Source: Eledone cirrhosa (Eukaryota). From it: a stretch of DNA of 64,000 nt. This document shows positions 1 through 16,333 of the stretch, piece after piece. Both the position numbers and the translations under genes were made by a program. How positions within the stretch are numbered: the first letter of the stretch is position 1; each line of letters begins with the position of its first letter. The DNA lies in NCBI GenBank assembly GCA_964016885.1, contig OZ024765.1, forward strand, positions 186,001 through 250,000, in the 5' to 3' direction. Under the pieces are notes generated by a model, which saw nothing but the letters and a program-made list of their open reading frames with translations, did not search any database and was not told the origin of the DNA.

Positions 1-350
1 TATATATACATTCTCTAGCTATCACGCTATATATATATATGTATATATGTATATACAAATGGAAGTACAGCATAGTCGAAGCTCGAGCCGCAGCTAAGCC
101 AACGAATGAAAACAGAAGTGCTGTCAAGCACTCGATAAGGTATAACACCTTAGAGCAATAACATTTCGTTTAAAGGGCTTTGCAAATTGAAGATAGCGAC
201 AGGTAATTCAGCCGCGGGGACCGTAGCAACTGACTCGGGGGAAAAAATACATATATATATATATGTATATATATATATATCATCAGAATGAAAATTTAAT
301 ATTCATGCTGATGAGCAATTTCAGACGTTTGTGTTGAGTATATATATATA

Positions 351-442
<92 letters not shown>

Positions 443-939
443 TATATATAAATATATATATATAGATAGATAGATAGATGGATAATTTATAATTTGCATT
501 TTTTATATTCCTGCCTTGAAGAGCAGGTAACTTATGACGTAAAATCATTGTGTAACAATTCAAACATAAATATTTCTCAATAAAATCTTCCAAAAAAATC
601 TCGAAAACTTTTCATTCTTTTAAATAAATATAATTTTATAAAAAATAATCCATACTTTCCCATGAAATTAATAAGAATTTTGAATAAATTTATAAAATGC
701 AAGTGTAATGATTCCTTCTTATTTTAACGAAAAGAATTGATATTTTTTAAAGACGGTTTTCCAATGTTATACATAAATTTCAAATAATGAATTTAAATTT
801 TTTATTTCACGTAAATATTTTGCCGATATCATTGAAATTTTTTTGCATTCGATGTAGATACAACTATATATTATGTGCATATATATATATATGTATACAC
901 ATGTGTGTATATATTTATGCATTTATATGTATACGTATG

Positions 940-980
<41 letters not shown>

Positions 981-1136
981 ATTTATATATTTACATATAT
1001 AAATATGTATGAATATATATATTTATATGTATACAAATACATATATATATATGCCTATATATATATATTAATATAAGCATATATTTATGTATTTATATAT
1101 ATATATAAATATATATATATATAATACATATATATA

Positions 1137-1262
<126 letters not shown>

Positions 1263-1604
1263 TAAATATATATATATATATTTATATATATATATATATA
1301 CATGTATGTATATGTGTCTTTATGTTTTTATATCATAAATATAATTTTTATCACAGTGCACACATTCATGTTGAGAATGTAGGGTGTCATCTCTGCTCCA
1401 CTGCGTGTGCATGTTTATATGCGTATTGGCGCGTGTAAGTGTGTATAGTTGTTTGGGTGAACGGGCGTATATGTAGGGGATGCGTATAACTGTTGATGTA
1501 TTTAAATGTATATTGTATTATATTTGCTCGGTATTGTGTGTGGTATTTCCAAATATATAGTTTTATTCGTAAATATTGACATGTGTATATATGGGTATAT
1601 ATAT

Positions 1605-1656
<52 letters not shown>

Positions 1657-1669
1657 GTGTATATGTATA

Positions 1670-1744
<75 letters not shown>

Positions 1745-1750
1745 GTATAT

Positions 1751-1798
<48 letters not shown>

Positions 1799-1799
1799 G

Positions 1800-1830
<31 letters not shown>

Positions 1831-1943
1831 GTATATATAAATATATATATACATATATATATATATATACATATATTTGCACACCATATATATTCGTACA
1901 TTTATATATACGAACACACACACACGTACACACCCGTACATAC

Positions 1944-1976
<33 letters not shown>

Positions 1977-2352
1977 CATTTACAAATATATATTTCCATA
2001 TACACATACATACATTTATCTTTTTATATATGGGCGTGTGTGTCCATATATATATATATATGTATGTATATATGTATGTGTATATATATAATACACAATT
2101 CGTTTGGGATTCCTAATTAATAATGAGGACGCTGAAATGTGCAGACGGAGCATAAGCAGAAACTAGCAACACACACATACACATACACACACGCACACAC
2201 ACACACACACACATATATATAAATATAAATGTATAAATAAATTATATAAAAAAACATTTAAAAATAATAAAAATACCTATAGATCCCCCCCCCCCCCAAA
2301 AAAAAGAAATATATATGTATATATATACTTATATATATATACATATATATAT

Positions 2353-2388
<36 letters not shown>

Positions 2389-2854
2389 TGAGAGAGAGAT
2401 ATTGAAAAATAATGTTTTAAAAAATAGATAGATTTTCCACTCAAAATACATTTGCCAGCTGCTTTCTTCCCATTCATCTGGAAGATATTGGAAATATATT
2501 GGGAATCTTGCAGTGCTCAGCCCAATCAAAATGATTCTGCTTGCGGACATGTCTCTCTCTGTATTATACACTTAATGTTGATCCTTTAACGCCCCCTAGT
2601 TTCAAATTTCAAAGTTGGACTTTATATTTTAGCGGATCCCATCAACAGTTCGTATACAGTACATTCGAGAGATGTATAGTTTAAATAGTTCCTTATAGTT
2701 AGCGTTAGGCGTAGATGTTTCTGTGTCTTGAGATGTGTGAGGCAGTCAAAGTGCTCTAATTACCAGGATCAGTTGTATCTATCAATACATCTCACGTCTT
2801 GAGATCCATGAGATAGCCAAAGAGATCTGCCTGGTGTGACTCTAATCTTTGAGT

Positions 2855-3340
2855 ACAAATCTGTTCAGTAATTCTTTCCTGAGACATTCTAACCACATGC
2901 CCATTGTATCAGAGCTGTGATCTCTCAATTCAGGGAAGTAGCAGCTCTACCTGGAGTGACTCTGATCTCTGAGCTACAAATCTGTCCAGTAATTCTTTCC
3001 TGAGACATTCTAACCACATGCCAATAGTATCAGAGCTGTGATCTCTCAATTCAGAGAAGTAGCAGCTCTACCTGGAGTGACTCTCTGATCTCTGAGCTAC
3101 AAATCTGTCCAGTAATTATTTCCTGAGACATTCTAACCACATGCCAATAGTATCAGAGCTGTGATCTCTCAATTCGGAGAAGTAGCAGCTCTACCTGGAG
3201 TGACTCTCTGATCTCTGAGCTACAAATCTGTCCAGTGATTCTTTCCTGAGACATTCTAACAAAATGTCTGTAATATCAAAGCTGTGATCTCTCAATTCGG
3301 AGAAGTACTGGCTCTACCTGGAGTAAATCTCTGATCTCCG
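2855..3340 (-). repeat. ~123-bp tandem array (~4 units) derived from an RTE-clade LINE ORF segment
   Basis: Repeating unit ctacaaatctgtccagtaattctttcctgagacattctaaccacatg...gactctctgatctctgag. The minus strand translates as EIRESLQVELLL(L)RIERSQL*YY.HVVRMSQERI. Confidence 0.85.
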
Positions 3341-4040
3341 GGTTACGCACTTTATCGAGTAACGTTACTAATAGATGATATCAGAAATGAGAAGATATAA
3401 GGAACTAGAGCTTCATCGGTCGGATTTGGCATTCAACACATTTCATTTCGATTTTCCTAGACAAACATAACAGTATCATTGAATGTAGCGAACGAAATCG
3501 TTTTGTATTGATATCATTATCAATAATATATCGCCACCTTATTATTGACATGATATCATCCTCTATAAATGTTAGTATATCAAACAATGGAAATTCATAG
3601 CTATTATATGAAATTTATTGCTTGAAAGACAAAGTAGAAATAACAAACGAAAAACAAATATATAATACACTTGAATGTATTATTGTCAAGCTTTTATAAA
3701 CAGGGAAAAACAATTATATAGCGTATAGTATTTTTTTTTCAGAATATAAATGTACTTACGCCATCGAGAGAGATATTTTTAATGAAGCTTTATTTCATTA
3801 ATAGCTTTTAAACAATTTGCCGATTGCAATAATCTCTTTTCTTTTTATTTAACGATTGATCATCACTTATAGATAATCCCCTTGAGCAGACGATAGATTT
3901 CACACGATTTCCTTTTTTAATGGTCAGTCAAAATATATTTATATCAGCCATTAATGCCACTTGATGGACAACAATCATTTTTATTTCTCATTTCCCATTT
4001 GTTTTTCTGGTTTGCTTTTCGTGTTCTCTCTTTCTCTCTC

Positions 4041-4093
<53 letters not shown>

Positions 4094-4106
4094 ATCTCTC
4101 TCTCTA

Positions 4107-4188
<82 letters not shown>

Positions 4189-4449
4189 ACACACACGCAC
4201 TCTCTCTCTCTTTATATAGTTGTTAACTTCCTGGGTGTTTGACATTTAGTTTTAAAGTAATATTCATCTTGAGATTGAACTAAATTGTCTCCCCATTATT
4301 TATATCGTTACCGTTTCCGCCATCTTCAGTCTCCAGTTTTATTATCTAATATATAATATTCCATTTCGATTCAGAACACTCAACTATTTCTGAGATTCTA
4401 TATATGAGGAAAACGTTAAAACGTCCAGGAGATCGAATGATAATAATAA

Positions 4450-4625
4450 TAATTGTTTCTACTTTAGGCACAAGGCCAGCAATTACACCAGTAGATTACT
4501 GGTACTTTATTTTTATCGACCCCGTAAGGATGAAAGACAAAGTGAACCTCAGCGGGATTTGGACTCAGACTGTAAAGGGACGTAACTATGCTAGAAAGCA
4601 TGGCGTCCAACCCTCTACCGATACT
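4450..4625 (-). mobile_element. tRNA-derived SINE copy
   Basis: The minus strand reads a degenerate B box (GAGTCCAAATCC), then the core ctttcatccttacggggtcgataaaaataaagtaccag and a (TTA)n tail. It is shared with other copies in the window. Confidence 0.8.
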
Positions 4626-4693
4626 GAACAATATATATATACATACATACGTTTATGTATATATATATATATATATATATACATACATACCTG

Positions 4694-4762
<69 letters not shown>

Positions 4763-4843
4763 CCACTTCCTGCTATCAAGCGTTAACCTAATATATCCTT
4801 TCCATATACTGTACCGATTGTGTTATTTTTACTGTTTAGCTTT

Positions 4844-4876
<33 letters not shown>

Positions 4877-4953
4877 CTGTGTCTGAGTGGCAAATACGCT
4901 TCATCTTAAACTATCTATGTATATATATATATATACATAGATACATATATATA

Positions 4954-4998
<45 letters not shown>

Positions 4999-5029
4999 AC
5001 ATACATGTATATATGTATATATACATACA

Positions 5030-5115
<86 letters not shown>

Positions 5116-5443
5116 CATATATACTTATATACACACTGGTTCCACTCGTGTTTTTGCATGTTGTTTTGTTTGTTTCGTTTTTATGCGTGTTTATGTTCTT
5201 GTTTTTTTCTACATTGTGTTTCGTTTGCTTTTTCGTACGAAAGTGTGGGTTCATTTATTGTTGTTGTTGTAGTTATTTTCGTTGTTGTTGCTTTTCTTGT
5301 TGTTGTTATTGTTGTTGCTGTGCTATGTATGATTAGTTGGGTGGAAGTAGTCGTTCCTTTTTCTCACACTTCTTCGCATGTCAGCCAAAGATTTAAGACA
5401 TGCCATATGCATATATATATATATGTATGCATATATATATATA

Positions 5444-5487
<44 letters not shown>

Positions 5488-5571
5488 CACGCACTCATAT
5501 ATATATCCAAGAATATTTATATATATTTTTGGGTACATAAATAAACATACATTCAATATATATTTGTGTAC

Positions 5572-5606
<35 letters not shown>

Positions 5607-5671
5607 TATGTGTGCGTGTGTGAAGGGATTTATGTATATGTACATATTTATATATATGAATGTAATTATGC

Positions 5672-5725
<54 letters not shown>

Positions 5726-6143
5726 TCACATTGAATCAAGGATTAAAAAATACATATAAATTCACAACTTACCAACAAAAACAACAACAACAACAACCAC
5801 AACAACAACCACAACCATAACAGCAACAACAGTCACTACATATCTACATTGGAAACAGTAAAAAAATACAACAAACAACTACAAAAATCACAACAAAAAC
5901 ATACAAACACCAACAACATTTATTGATATATTGATAGGAACACACGCGATATGGAAAACACACTTTCATGAATACAACAACGTAGCAAATAAAACAACTA
6001 TTATGTCCGCATACATCACAGGAACATTTACTTTGGTTACAAAGTGTGAACGTTCGTGAAAATACGGAAGCTAAAGAAAAAAAATGGCGATATTCGCATG
6101 CGTATTTTTTTTCTTTTTCTTCGTTATCGTTGTAGTCTAAGAC

Positions 6144-6302
6144 GTGGTGGTGGGTTCTTCTTCTTCTTCTTCTTCTTCTTCTTCTTCTTCTTCTTCTTCT
6201 TCTTCTTCTTCTTCTTCTTCTTCTTCTTCTTTTTCTTCTTTTTCTTCTTCTTCTTCTTCTTCTTCTTCTTCTTCTTCTTCTTCTAACTATTATCTTTATA
6301 AA

Positions 6303-6375
<73 letters not shown>

Positions 6376-6447
6376 GTTATTATTATTATCATTATTATTA
6401 TTATTATTGGTGTTGTTGTTGTTGTTGTCGTTGTTATCATCATCATA
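6144..6447. repeat. Compound trinucleotide microsatellite (TTC)n-(TAT)n-(TGT)n-(CAT)n
   Basis: Direct reading. Similar compound tracts occur at 34290-34430, 51480-51640 and 53100-53225. Confidence 0.95.
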
Positions 6448-6539
6448 ATCCTTTCATCTGTAAGCTTTAATTGAATATATATATATATTTTCAGTATTTC
6501 GTATGTATAGGTGTATGTGTACATATTTGAGTATGTATC

Positions 6540-6594
<55 letters not shown>

Positions 6595-6783
6595 ATGTAG
6601 CATATGTGGTTCGCTGTGTATGTGAATAGGGGGCGCTGGTGTCACATGAATTACACAGAGATGTGTAAATGTGAGTAGATATAGGCTAAATTGGTCTAAG
6701 TAAGTAAAAAGCTATTCACTCCATATTAACATGGACATTTCAGAATGAAAAATGGCAGCTTGAAATGTATATAACTCTCTCTC

Positions 6784-6981
<198 letters not shown>

Positions 6982-6982
6982 G

Positions 6983-7054
<72 letters not shown>

Positions 7055-7525
7055 GTATATATATATAGTAATCTGTTAATTTAATAAATATATATATACA
7101 TATATATATATACACACACACATATATATATATACATACATAACTATAGAGGTTATACATATATGAATGTATAAATATAGTATATATATATATATACGTA
7201 TATAAATATATATATATATATGTGAATATGATTATACATTTATATATTCATATATGTATATTTTATATATCTACATATATAAGTATATATATGTATATAT
7301 ATATATATACAATATAATTTCAGCGAGATCGTATTTGATATATATATTTGCATGTATGTCAATAAAAGACCATTTCTAAGAATGAAGAGCGAACTCTCTC
7401 CAAGAAAGTAAACATCCTATTTCACATCATGATATGAATGGTTTCAACCATACGGAGGAACTGGTGCTGGTGACTTGGGAATTAATTACTAGTGTAACAT
7501 ATGCATTAAGCACTGAGTGTAACAT

Positions 7526-7601
<76 letters not shown>

Positions 7602-7640
7602 ACACATACGTACATATATATATATACATACATCCATACA

Positions 7641-7700
<60 letters not shown>

Positions 7701-7793
7701 CATACATACATGAATATAAATATATATATATACATATATATATAGTAATAATAATAAATTTGAAGACTAAAGTCCAAAGAGGGCTCGATATAC

Positions 7794-7890
<97 letters not shown>

Positions 7891-8210
7891 AATGCATGGG
7901 TCTATGCATGAGTACATGTATATGCCAGTGTCTGTGAGTATATATGTGTTTGTGCGTGTGTATGTATATCGATGTGTGCCTAACATGTCCGTGTGCATGT
8001 ATTGTGTGTGTGTGTTGTGTGTGTATGTGTGTAAATTCACTCAGCGTTTGTTAATTGATTCTTATATCTTGTGACATATTTGTCCCGTCTATTCTATGCA
8101 ATGCTGCAGAAGGTAATTTCTACGACATCTGAAGTGAAAAAACAGCCTGGAATGGTGGGAGTGATATAGTGGCAACACAGCCATGTATGTATATATATAT
8201 ATATATAAAT

Positions 8211-8267
<57 letters not shown>

Positions 8268-8309
8268 GATTTACATATATAGATATAGATAGATATACAT
8301 ATATATAAT

Positions 8310-8342
<33 letters not shown>

Positions 8343-8597
8343 TCATATATATATATATTGTAAACACGAAGAGCTAAACATGGCGGAAAGCTCTACAAAA
8401 CACCGGATGTTTCTGACTGACGAATGCAAGACGTTGTTCCGCTTTGCATGAAGTAAATATAGCAGACGATATATTTTCGTATTCATTATAATGTTATAGT
8501 TTAAAGAGAAAAGTCTGCGGAAAATTGAATGCTTTCGAAATTTGAACGTATAACTCTTAGATACACCCTATATCTATCTATCTATCGATCTATCTGA

Positions 8598-8631
<34 letters not shown>

Positions 8632-8633
<2 letters not shown>

Positions 8634-9086
8634 GGCGAAAGAGGTTGTATGGTGGACAAGGTTGAAAGGGCTGAGGTCAGACACCTTTCTCTCCGGCCAA
8701 CAACTGATTCTTTTTTTCAAATACCACTTTGGAAGAAGAATCAGGATGGAGAGAGAGGTGCTGTACCCCAGCAAGTTTTATGAAAGGTGGGTGAAAGTGG
8801 CGAGAATGGCCCGAGTGAATGGGCCTTCTCTCTATATCAGCCTGTAGGTTGAGGAAAAGGAGGAGGAGAGGAAAGGAGTACAAGCTCTTCGTACTCCTGG
8901 AGATGAGGGTTGCACATTTTTTTCGGGGGTCTGTGTTACCCATATAAACTGTCTCCCTCTATTGGGGAAAATCGACTAACTTTTAAATTCCATCTGTGAT
9001 AACATTTTACACGTTTTTATTGTATGTAAACTTCCCCCTTTGTATTTGTCCCCTTCTTTTGTGCCCCTGTGGCTAATAAAGAAATA
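8632..9086 (+). mobile_element. 3' fragment of a diverged subfamily of the same Tx1-like LINE
   Basis: MAKEVVWWTRLKGLRSDTFLSGQQL...GPSLYISL* with many synonymous differences from the other copies. The related 3' UTR ends CTAATAAAGAAATA, and the copy sits in (TATC)n. Confidence 0.92.
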
Positions 9087-9177
<91 letters not shown>

Positions 9178-9207
9178 ATAGAGAGATATAGATAGAAAGT
9201 GCTGGTG

Positions 9208-9254
9208 TTTGTATTTGTCCCCTTCTTTTGGGCCCTTTTGGCTAATAAAGAAAT
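9208..9254 (+). mobile_element. Tiny 3'-terminal remnant of the Tx1-like LINE
   Basis: tttgtatttgtccccttcttttgggcccttttggctaataaagaaa matches the last ~45 bp of the 8632-9086 copy. Confidence 0.7.
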
Positions 9255-9399
9255 TTTTCTCTCTCACTATATATATATATATTTATATACATATATAAGC
9301 TTATATTGGATAAATATTATATAAATATATCTAGTGTATATATATATATATATATTAGAAAAAAAGAATAGCTTTCACCGTATGTTTGACTAGAGAAAC

Positions 9400-9525
9400 T
9401 TTAGCCTGATAATGGGGTTTATAACCCTCAGATAAATGGAAAAAGATGAGTATTGACGTGCATGTACGTCAATACTCATCTTTTTCCATTTATCTAAGGG
9501 TTCTAAACCCCATTATCAGGCTAAA
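9400..9525. repeat. Long palindrome (60-bp arms)
   Basis: tttagcctgataatggggttt...gagtattgacgt / acgtcaatactc...aaaccccattatcaggctaaa. Confidence 0.9.
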
Positions 9526-9858
9526 ATTTCAAACCTGCTCACTGTTTCAAAACATACTTACTTATATATATATATATACATATAAATATATATATATATA
9601 TATAGTTATAAATATGTATATATAAAAAGATATAAGGTGTATATTTATGTGGATATATATATATACGAGAGAGAGAGAGAGAGAGAGAGATAAACATATG
9701 TATATATATATTTATATATATATAAACATATATATGGATATGTATAATTATACATAAACATATTTATACAAATATATAAATGTATATTTATATGCATATA
9801 TATGTATATATATATATATATATACATATATAAATATATATATAAATATATATATATG

Positions 9859-9907
<49 letters not shown>

Positions 9908-10309
9908 AGGTAAAGAGAAGGATAGTGCGAGAGAGGAGAGGGAGAGAGAGAGAGAAACTACCACCACCACCAACAACAACAGCAAACACCAGCAACACCA
10001 CTACCACCACTACCAACACTACTACCAGCAACAATACAACCAACACCTCTACCACTTCCACTACTACTACAACCAACACTACTACCACCAATACTACAAC
10101 CACAATCACCACTTCCGCCATCACCAACAGAATCCCCACTCTATCTTCTGACGGTTACTGTCAGTGATTTTGCTGCACTCGATCCAAAATCGATAATCCA
10201 TAGAAACAGTTATCAATTATGGATATCGATATAGATATTAGATAGCAATAAACCATCTGCCAACCTTCCGTTAATTTCGATTTTCGTTCTTCTCTTGGTT
10301 TTTCTGTTT

Positions 10310-10378
<69 letters not shown>

Positions 10379-10467
10379 AGATAATGAGGTCTTTTTACAA
10401 AATAAAAAAAATACGAGGTATCCTACACACACACATATATATAAGTGTAAATATTTATATGTATATA

Positions 10468-10555
<88 letters not shown>

Positions 10556-10678
10556 TATTTGTATATATACATGTATATATAAATAACATATATCAATATA
10601 TATATCTATATATATATATATATAAATTAACTTTCATATTAAACTGGCTAATATATACATGGGTATATATATGTACAT

Positions 10679-10729
<51 letters not shown>

Positions 10730-10804
10730 TATGTATATGTATATACATATATATATATATATTTATATATATGTATATGTATACATATATATATACATAT
10801 ATAT

Positions 10805-11011
10805 AACGAAGGAAATGTGGTAAGGAACCAGGTGGACCATAACGCACCAAAGTACTCAATACTTGAGGTAGTAGAGTGGGTAATAGGAACCAGTAAGACC
10901 CCGACAGCTGAGCTCAAGCCGTTTCGACGGCTAATTCTGGACGGAGAATGAGTCCAGAATTAGCCGTCGAAACGGCTTGAGCTCAGCTGTCGGGGTCTTA
11001 CTGGTTCCTAT
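10805..11011 (-). mobile_element. Fold-back element in (TA)n (60-bp perfect inverted arms), probable Penelope-like end
   Basis: Arms 10883-10942 and 10952-11011 contain GAAAcggcttgagctcagctGTC (a hammerhead 3' half). Homologues at 52671 and 58320. Confidence 0.75.
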
Positions 11012-11095
11012 ACATATATATATATATATGTATATATATTATATATAGATATATATATACATATATATATACATATATATATATACATATATTTA

Positions 11096-11141
<46 letters not shown>

Positions 11142-11244
11142 ATATTAAATCTCATATTAAACTTGCTTATTTGACAACAAAATATTTATCACAGGAGGTT
11201 TAGTGTTGCATTATATCTTAATAAATATATATGGGGTTTTATAC

Positions 11245-11319
<75 letters not shown>

Positions 11320-11452
11320 TATAAATATCTTTATATATCTATTTCTATGCATTGATATGAATAGATATATATATGGAGAGTAAAGGAGAGATGCTTACGT
11401 GTGAGTGGAGTGCGAGGGTGGTAAATAAATAGATAAATATATATATTCCTAA

Positions 11453-11500
<48 letters not shown>

Positions 11501-11833
11501 ATAAATAACAAAAATAATAGTAATAAATTACAAAAATCCAAAGAGGTCTCGATAAGAATAAATATATATCAAATATATAAGAACCGTAGAGCAAATATTT
11601 AATAAAATAACAGATTAAAGTTTAAGCAAAGAATCGCTGCTTTCACCCTTATCGGGAACTTCTGAAACTCAGAGGATCTGTTATTTTAATAAATATATAT
11701 ATATAGATAGATTTATAGATAGATACATAGATAGACAAGCCACAGACACACCAAATACCATACATGGAGAATTAATACTTACCAACATACACATACTAAA
11801 ACACACACACACACGCATATATATACACACACG

Positions 11834-11876
<43 letters not shown>

Positions 11877-12108
11877 ATGGTAGTATATATGTTTTGTTAT
11901 TATTAACTAACTTAATTGCGAAGTTGAACAAGTATTCTAGAGAATGTCTAGGCCTGTTGGCGTTGTTCTTATTCTCAAGTAAATAAATAATGTATACGCG
12001 TATAGACATATACACACATGCGTATATGTATATATATATATATGTATATGTGTATATATATATATATGTATATATATATATGCATATATGTATATATATA
12101 TATAAATA

Positions 12109-12151
<43 letters not shown>

Positions 12152-12185
12152 CACACACACATATATATATATACACACACACACA

Positions 12186-12248
<63 letters not shown>

Positions 12249-12432
12249 ATAATAGAAGAACCCGTTAACGTGAAAGCAGCGATCCTTTGCTTAAACTTTA
12301 ATCTGTTATTTTAATAAATATATATATATATATATATTTATAGTTAGATAGATAGAGCGAAAGAATGATAAAGAGAAAGAAAGAGAGATAAAGACAGAGA
12401 CGAAGTGAGAGTGAGATAGATAGATAGAGAGA

Positions 12433-12554
<122 letters not shown>

Positions 12555-12748
12555 AGGCAAGCAAACATAATAACAGATATATAGAGATATAGTTATATAT
12601 ACAAACTATTTTTTCAGCCATTTTCTTTTCTGATCAAAAATTTTGACGTCGCAAAAAAGACTTTTTTTTCTGTTCCAAGAAATCTAAAAATCTGTTGAAT
12701 AGAAATATGGACAAATGCTGTTACCGGCAATTTAGTCCACGTTTTTCT

Positions 12749-12866
<118 letters not shown>

Positions 12867-13088
12867 AATATATTTATATATATATATAAATATATACATC
12901 TCTCTTGATATATATATAGATACACACTCACACACACACATATATATATGTATTTCGTGTGTGTGGTATGTATCTCTGCATGTAAGGTTAGTATGTAGGT
13001 GTGTATATATATATATATAGTTATTTATTTATATATGATTGTGTCAATATATATGTATATATATAAACACACACACACACACACACAT

Positions 13089-13183
<95 letters not shown>

Positions 13184-13444
13184 GATAGATATATTTCTGT
13201 TGTCTGCGATACATCATGCATATTATATATATATATATTGATGCACACAATCGTGGTTGCAGTTGCAATTGTTGTTATTGTAGCTGTTGCTGATGTTGTG
13301 CACATTTTTTCACTTTCACATTGTCATTATTTCAGAAGACAATACGATAATATTGTGCCTGGAACCATTCCCTCTCAATCTCATGTGATCTCTCTATCTA
13401 TCTATCTATCTATCTATATATCTATCTATCTATCTATCTATCTA

Positions 13445-14034
13445 TGCTGTCAAGGGTGGGACCGATCCGGTTGACCACCGAGTCGATTGTAATGATCAAG
13501 CCGCCTCCCCCCTTCAAAGATGAAGCAGAGGCGGTGTTTCTGTGCGTAATAGCCATGGCGAAAGAGGTTGTATGGTGGACGCGTCTGAAAGGACTGAGGT
13601 CGGGCACCTTTCTCTCTGGCCAACAACTGGTCCGTTTCTTCCGATATCATTTCGGAAGAAGGATCAGGATGGAGAGAGAGGTGCTGCACCCCAGCCGTTT
13701 CTATGAAAGATGGGTGAAAGTGGCGAGAATGGCCCGTGTGAATGGGCCTTCACTCTACATCAGACTATAGGTGAGGAAGATAAAAGACCAAGGGAGCACC
13801 CCTTCTCTGTGCTCCTGAGGAGAAGGGTTGCACACTTTTTTCGGGGGTGTGTGCGACCCCCCAAGGCGCCTCCTCTCTATTGAGGATTTTGTTAAAAATT
13901 TTATTTTTTGTTATATCTTATTTTATTTTTATATTTTGTTATTGCCTTCTCCTTATTGAGGACGCCTTTTTGTGTAAACTCCCCCCTTTGTACTTGTCCC
14001 ACTTTTGATGCCCTAGTGGCAAATAAAAGAAATA
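13445..14034 (+). mobile_element. 3' fragment of the same Tx1-like LINE (near-identical copy)
   Basis: The translation [11 protein letters not shown]...GPSLYIRL* is identical to the C-terminus of the 23207-25920 ORF. It has the same 3' UTR and (TATC)n on both sides. Confidence 0.95.
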
Positions 14035-14086
14035 TATCTATCTATCTATCTATCTATCTCTCTATCTATCTATCTATCTATCTATA

Positions 14087-14121
<35 letters not shown>

Positions 14122-14154
14122 ATATCTATCTATCTATCTATCTATCTATCAATG

Positions 14155-14185
<31 letters not shown>

Positions 14186-14254
14186 TTCCCAATCTCTATA
14201 TTTATTTCACTCTCTTTCTTTTTCTCGGTCTTTCACTTTTTCCCCATTTTGTAA

Positions 14255-14303
<49 letters not shown>

Positions 14304-14406
14304 AGATATTTATGTGTATATGTATACGTAAATATATATAAATATATATATATCTGTTTATATACATATACATATACATACATATATATATATATATATT
14401 ATATAT

Positions 14407-14476
<70 letters not shown>

Positions 14477-14527
14477 GTACATATAAATATACATATAAAT
14501 ATACACATGTGTCTATATATATATATG

Positions 14528-14596
<69 letters not shown>

Positions 14597-14699
14597 ATAT
14601 ATATTTATAGATATATATGTGTATATGTGTACGTAAATATATATAAATATATATATATCTGTTTATATACATATACATATATATGTATATATATATATT

Positions 14700-14752
<53 letters not shown>

Positions 14753-14800
14753 GTACATATAAATATACATACATATATACACCACATGTGTCTATATATG

Positions 14801-14937
<137 letters not shown>

Positions 14938-15059
14938 GTATATGTGTGTGTGAGTGCATTTACTGGTTTCAACCGGTGGCAACCACACTTAGTAAAATAC
15001 TTAATGCATTATGATTAAAAATTTATATTAAATAATATATATATATATTAAATATATAT

Positions 15060-15121
<62 letters not shown>

Positions 15122-15385
15122 GGAAGTGTGTTAGCAGCGAAGGAGTATGATAAAGTCATATCTCTATAAATACAAAGCCTGTCTTTATGGCACAAAATAT
15201 CAGATATGTGGTCTCCTATGATATTGGCAACGTGCAACCGCTGTGAGGTTTTGGCTCTTTACCATCAATTCTCTCATTGACCAATCATAGTCCCACAAGA
15301 TCGTTATATAATATATATTATATATTATATATTATATATTATATATTGCATATCAATCTCTTTCGATATATAAATATGTATACGT

Positions 15386-15596
<211 letters not shown>

Positions 15597-15783
15597 TTTC
15601 TCCACCCTTTATCCCAATAAATTAATTTAGTTATTGTATTGCCCTTTCGGAGGTATATGGTCTGTAATGCGAAGAAATACCTATGATGGCTAATAGAACA
15701 CTGATGATGGATAGTCCTGGCTTCTATTTCTAATTCTTCATTATATATATCATATTTGCAACACCGCAGCTCGCTATTTCTCA

Positions 15784-15819
<36 letters not shown>

Positions 15820-15827
15820 TGTGTGAG

Positions 15828-15902
<75 letters not shown>

Positions 15903-15906
<4 letters not shown>

Positions 15907-16062
15907 TGCAAGAAACGCTGGTCGTCCCAAGAAGACATATGTCAAGCAACTTGAGGACGATACTGGATACACTGCGGAAGAACTGGCAAACGCTATGAGA
16001 GACAGAGATGGGTGGAGGAAACGTGTCGTAGAAAGCCGAGCAAGCTGGACCTGATGATGATG
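15903..16062 (+). mobile_element. 3' end of an RTE-clade LINE
   Basis: [21 protein letters not shown]...[12 protein letters not shown], followed by a (TGA)n tail, inside (TA)n. Confidence 0.8.
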
Positions 16063-16197
16063 ATATATACGAACACAAACATTTATAAATATATATAGAT
16101 AGGTAGATAGATAGCTTGATATAAATATACTCATGTGTATATATATATGTATATATAAGTATATATATATATATATTTATATATATGTATATATACG

Positions 16198-16231
<34 letters not shown>

Positions 16232-16256
16232 CACACACAAACATACACATATATAT

Positions 16257-16333
<77 letters not shown>

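Noticed and set aside
8075-8190. Candidate coding exon (AG...GT bounded)
   Set aside because: Stops in all three plus-strand frames.
9960-10140. Thr/Asn-rich mucin-like frame
   Set aside because: Short degenerate (ACC/ACT)n microsatellite without splice or start support.
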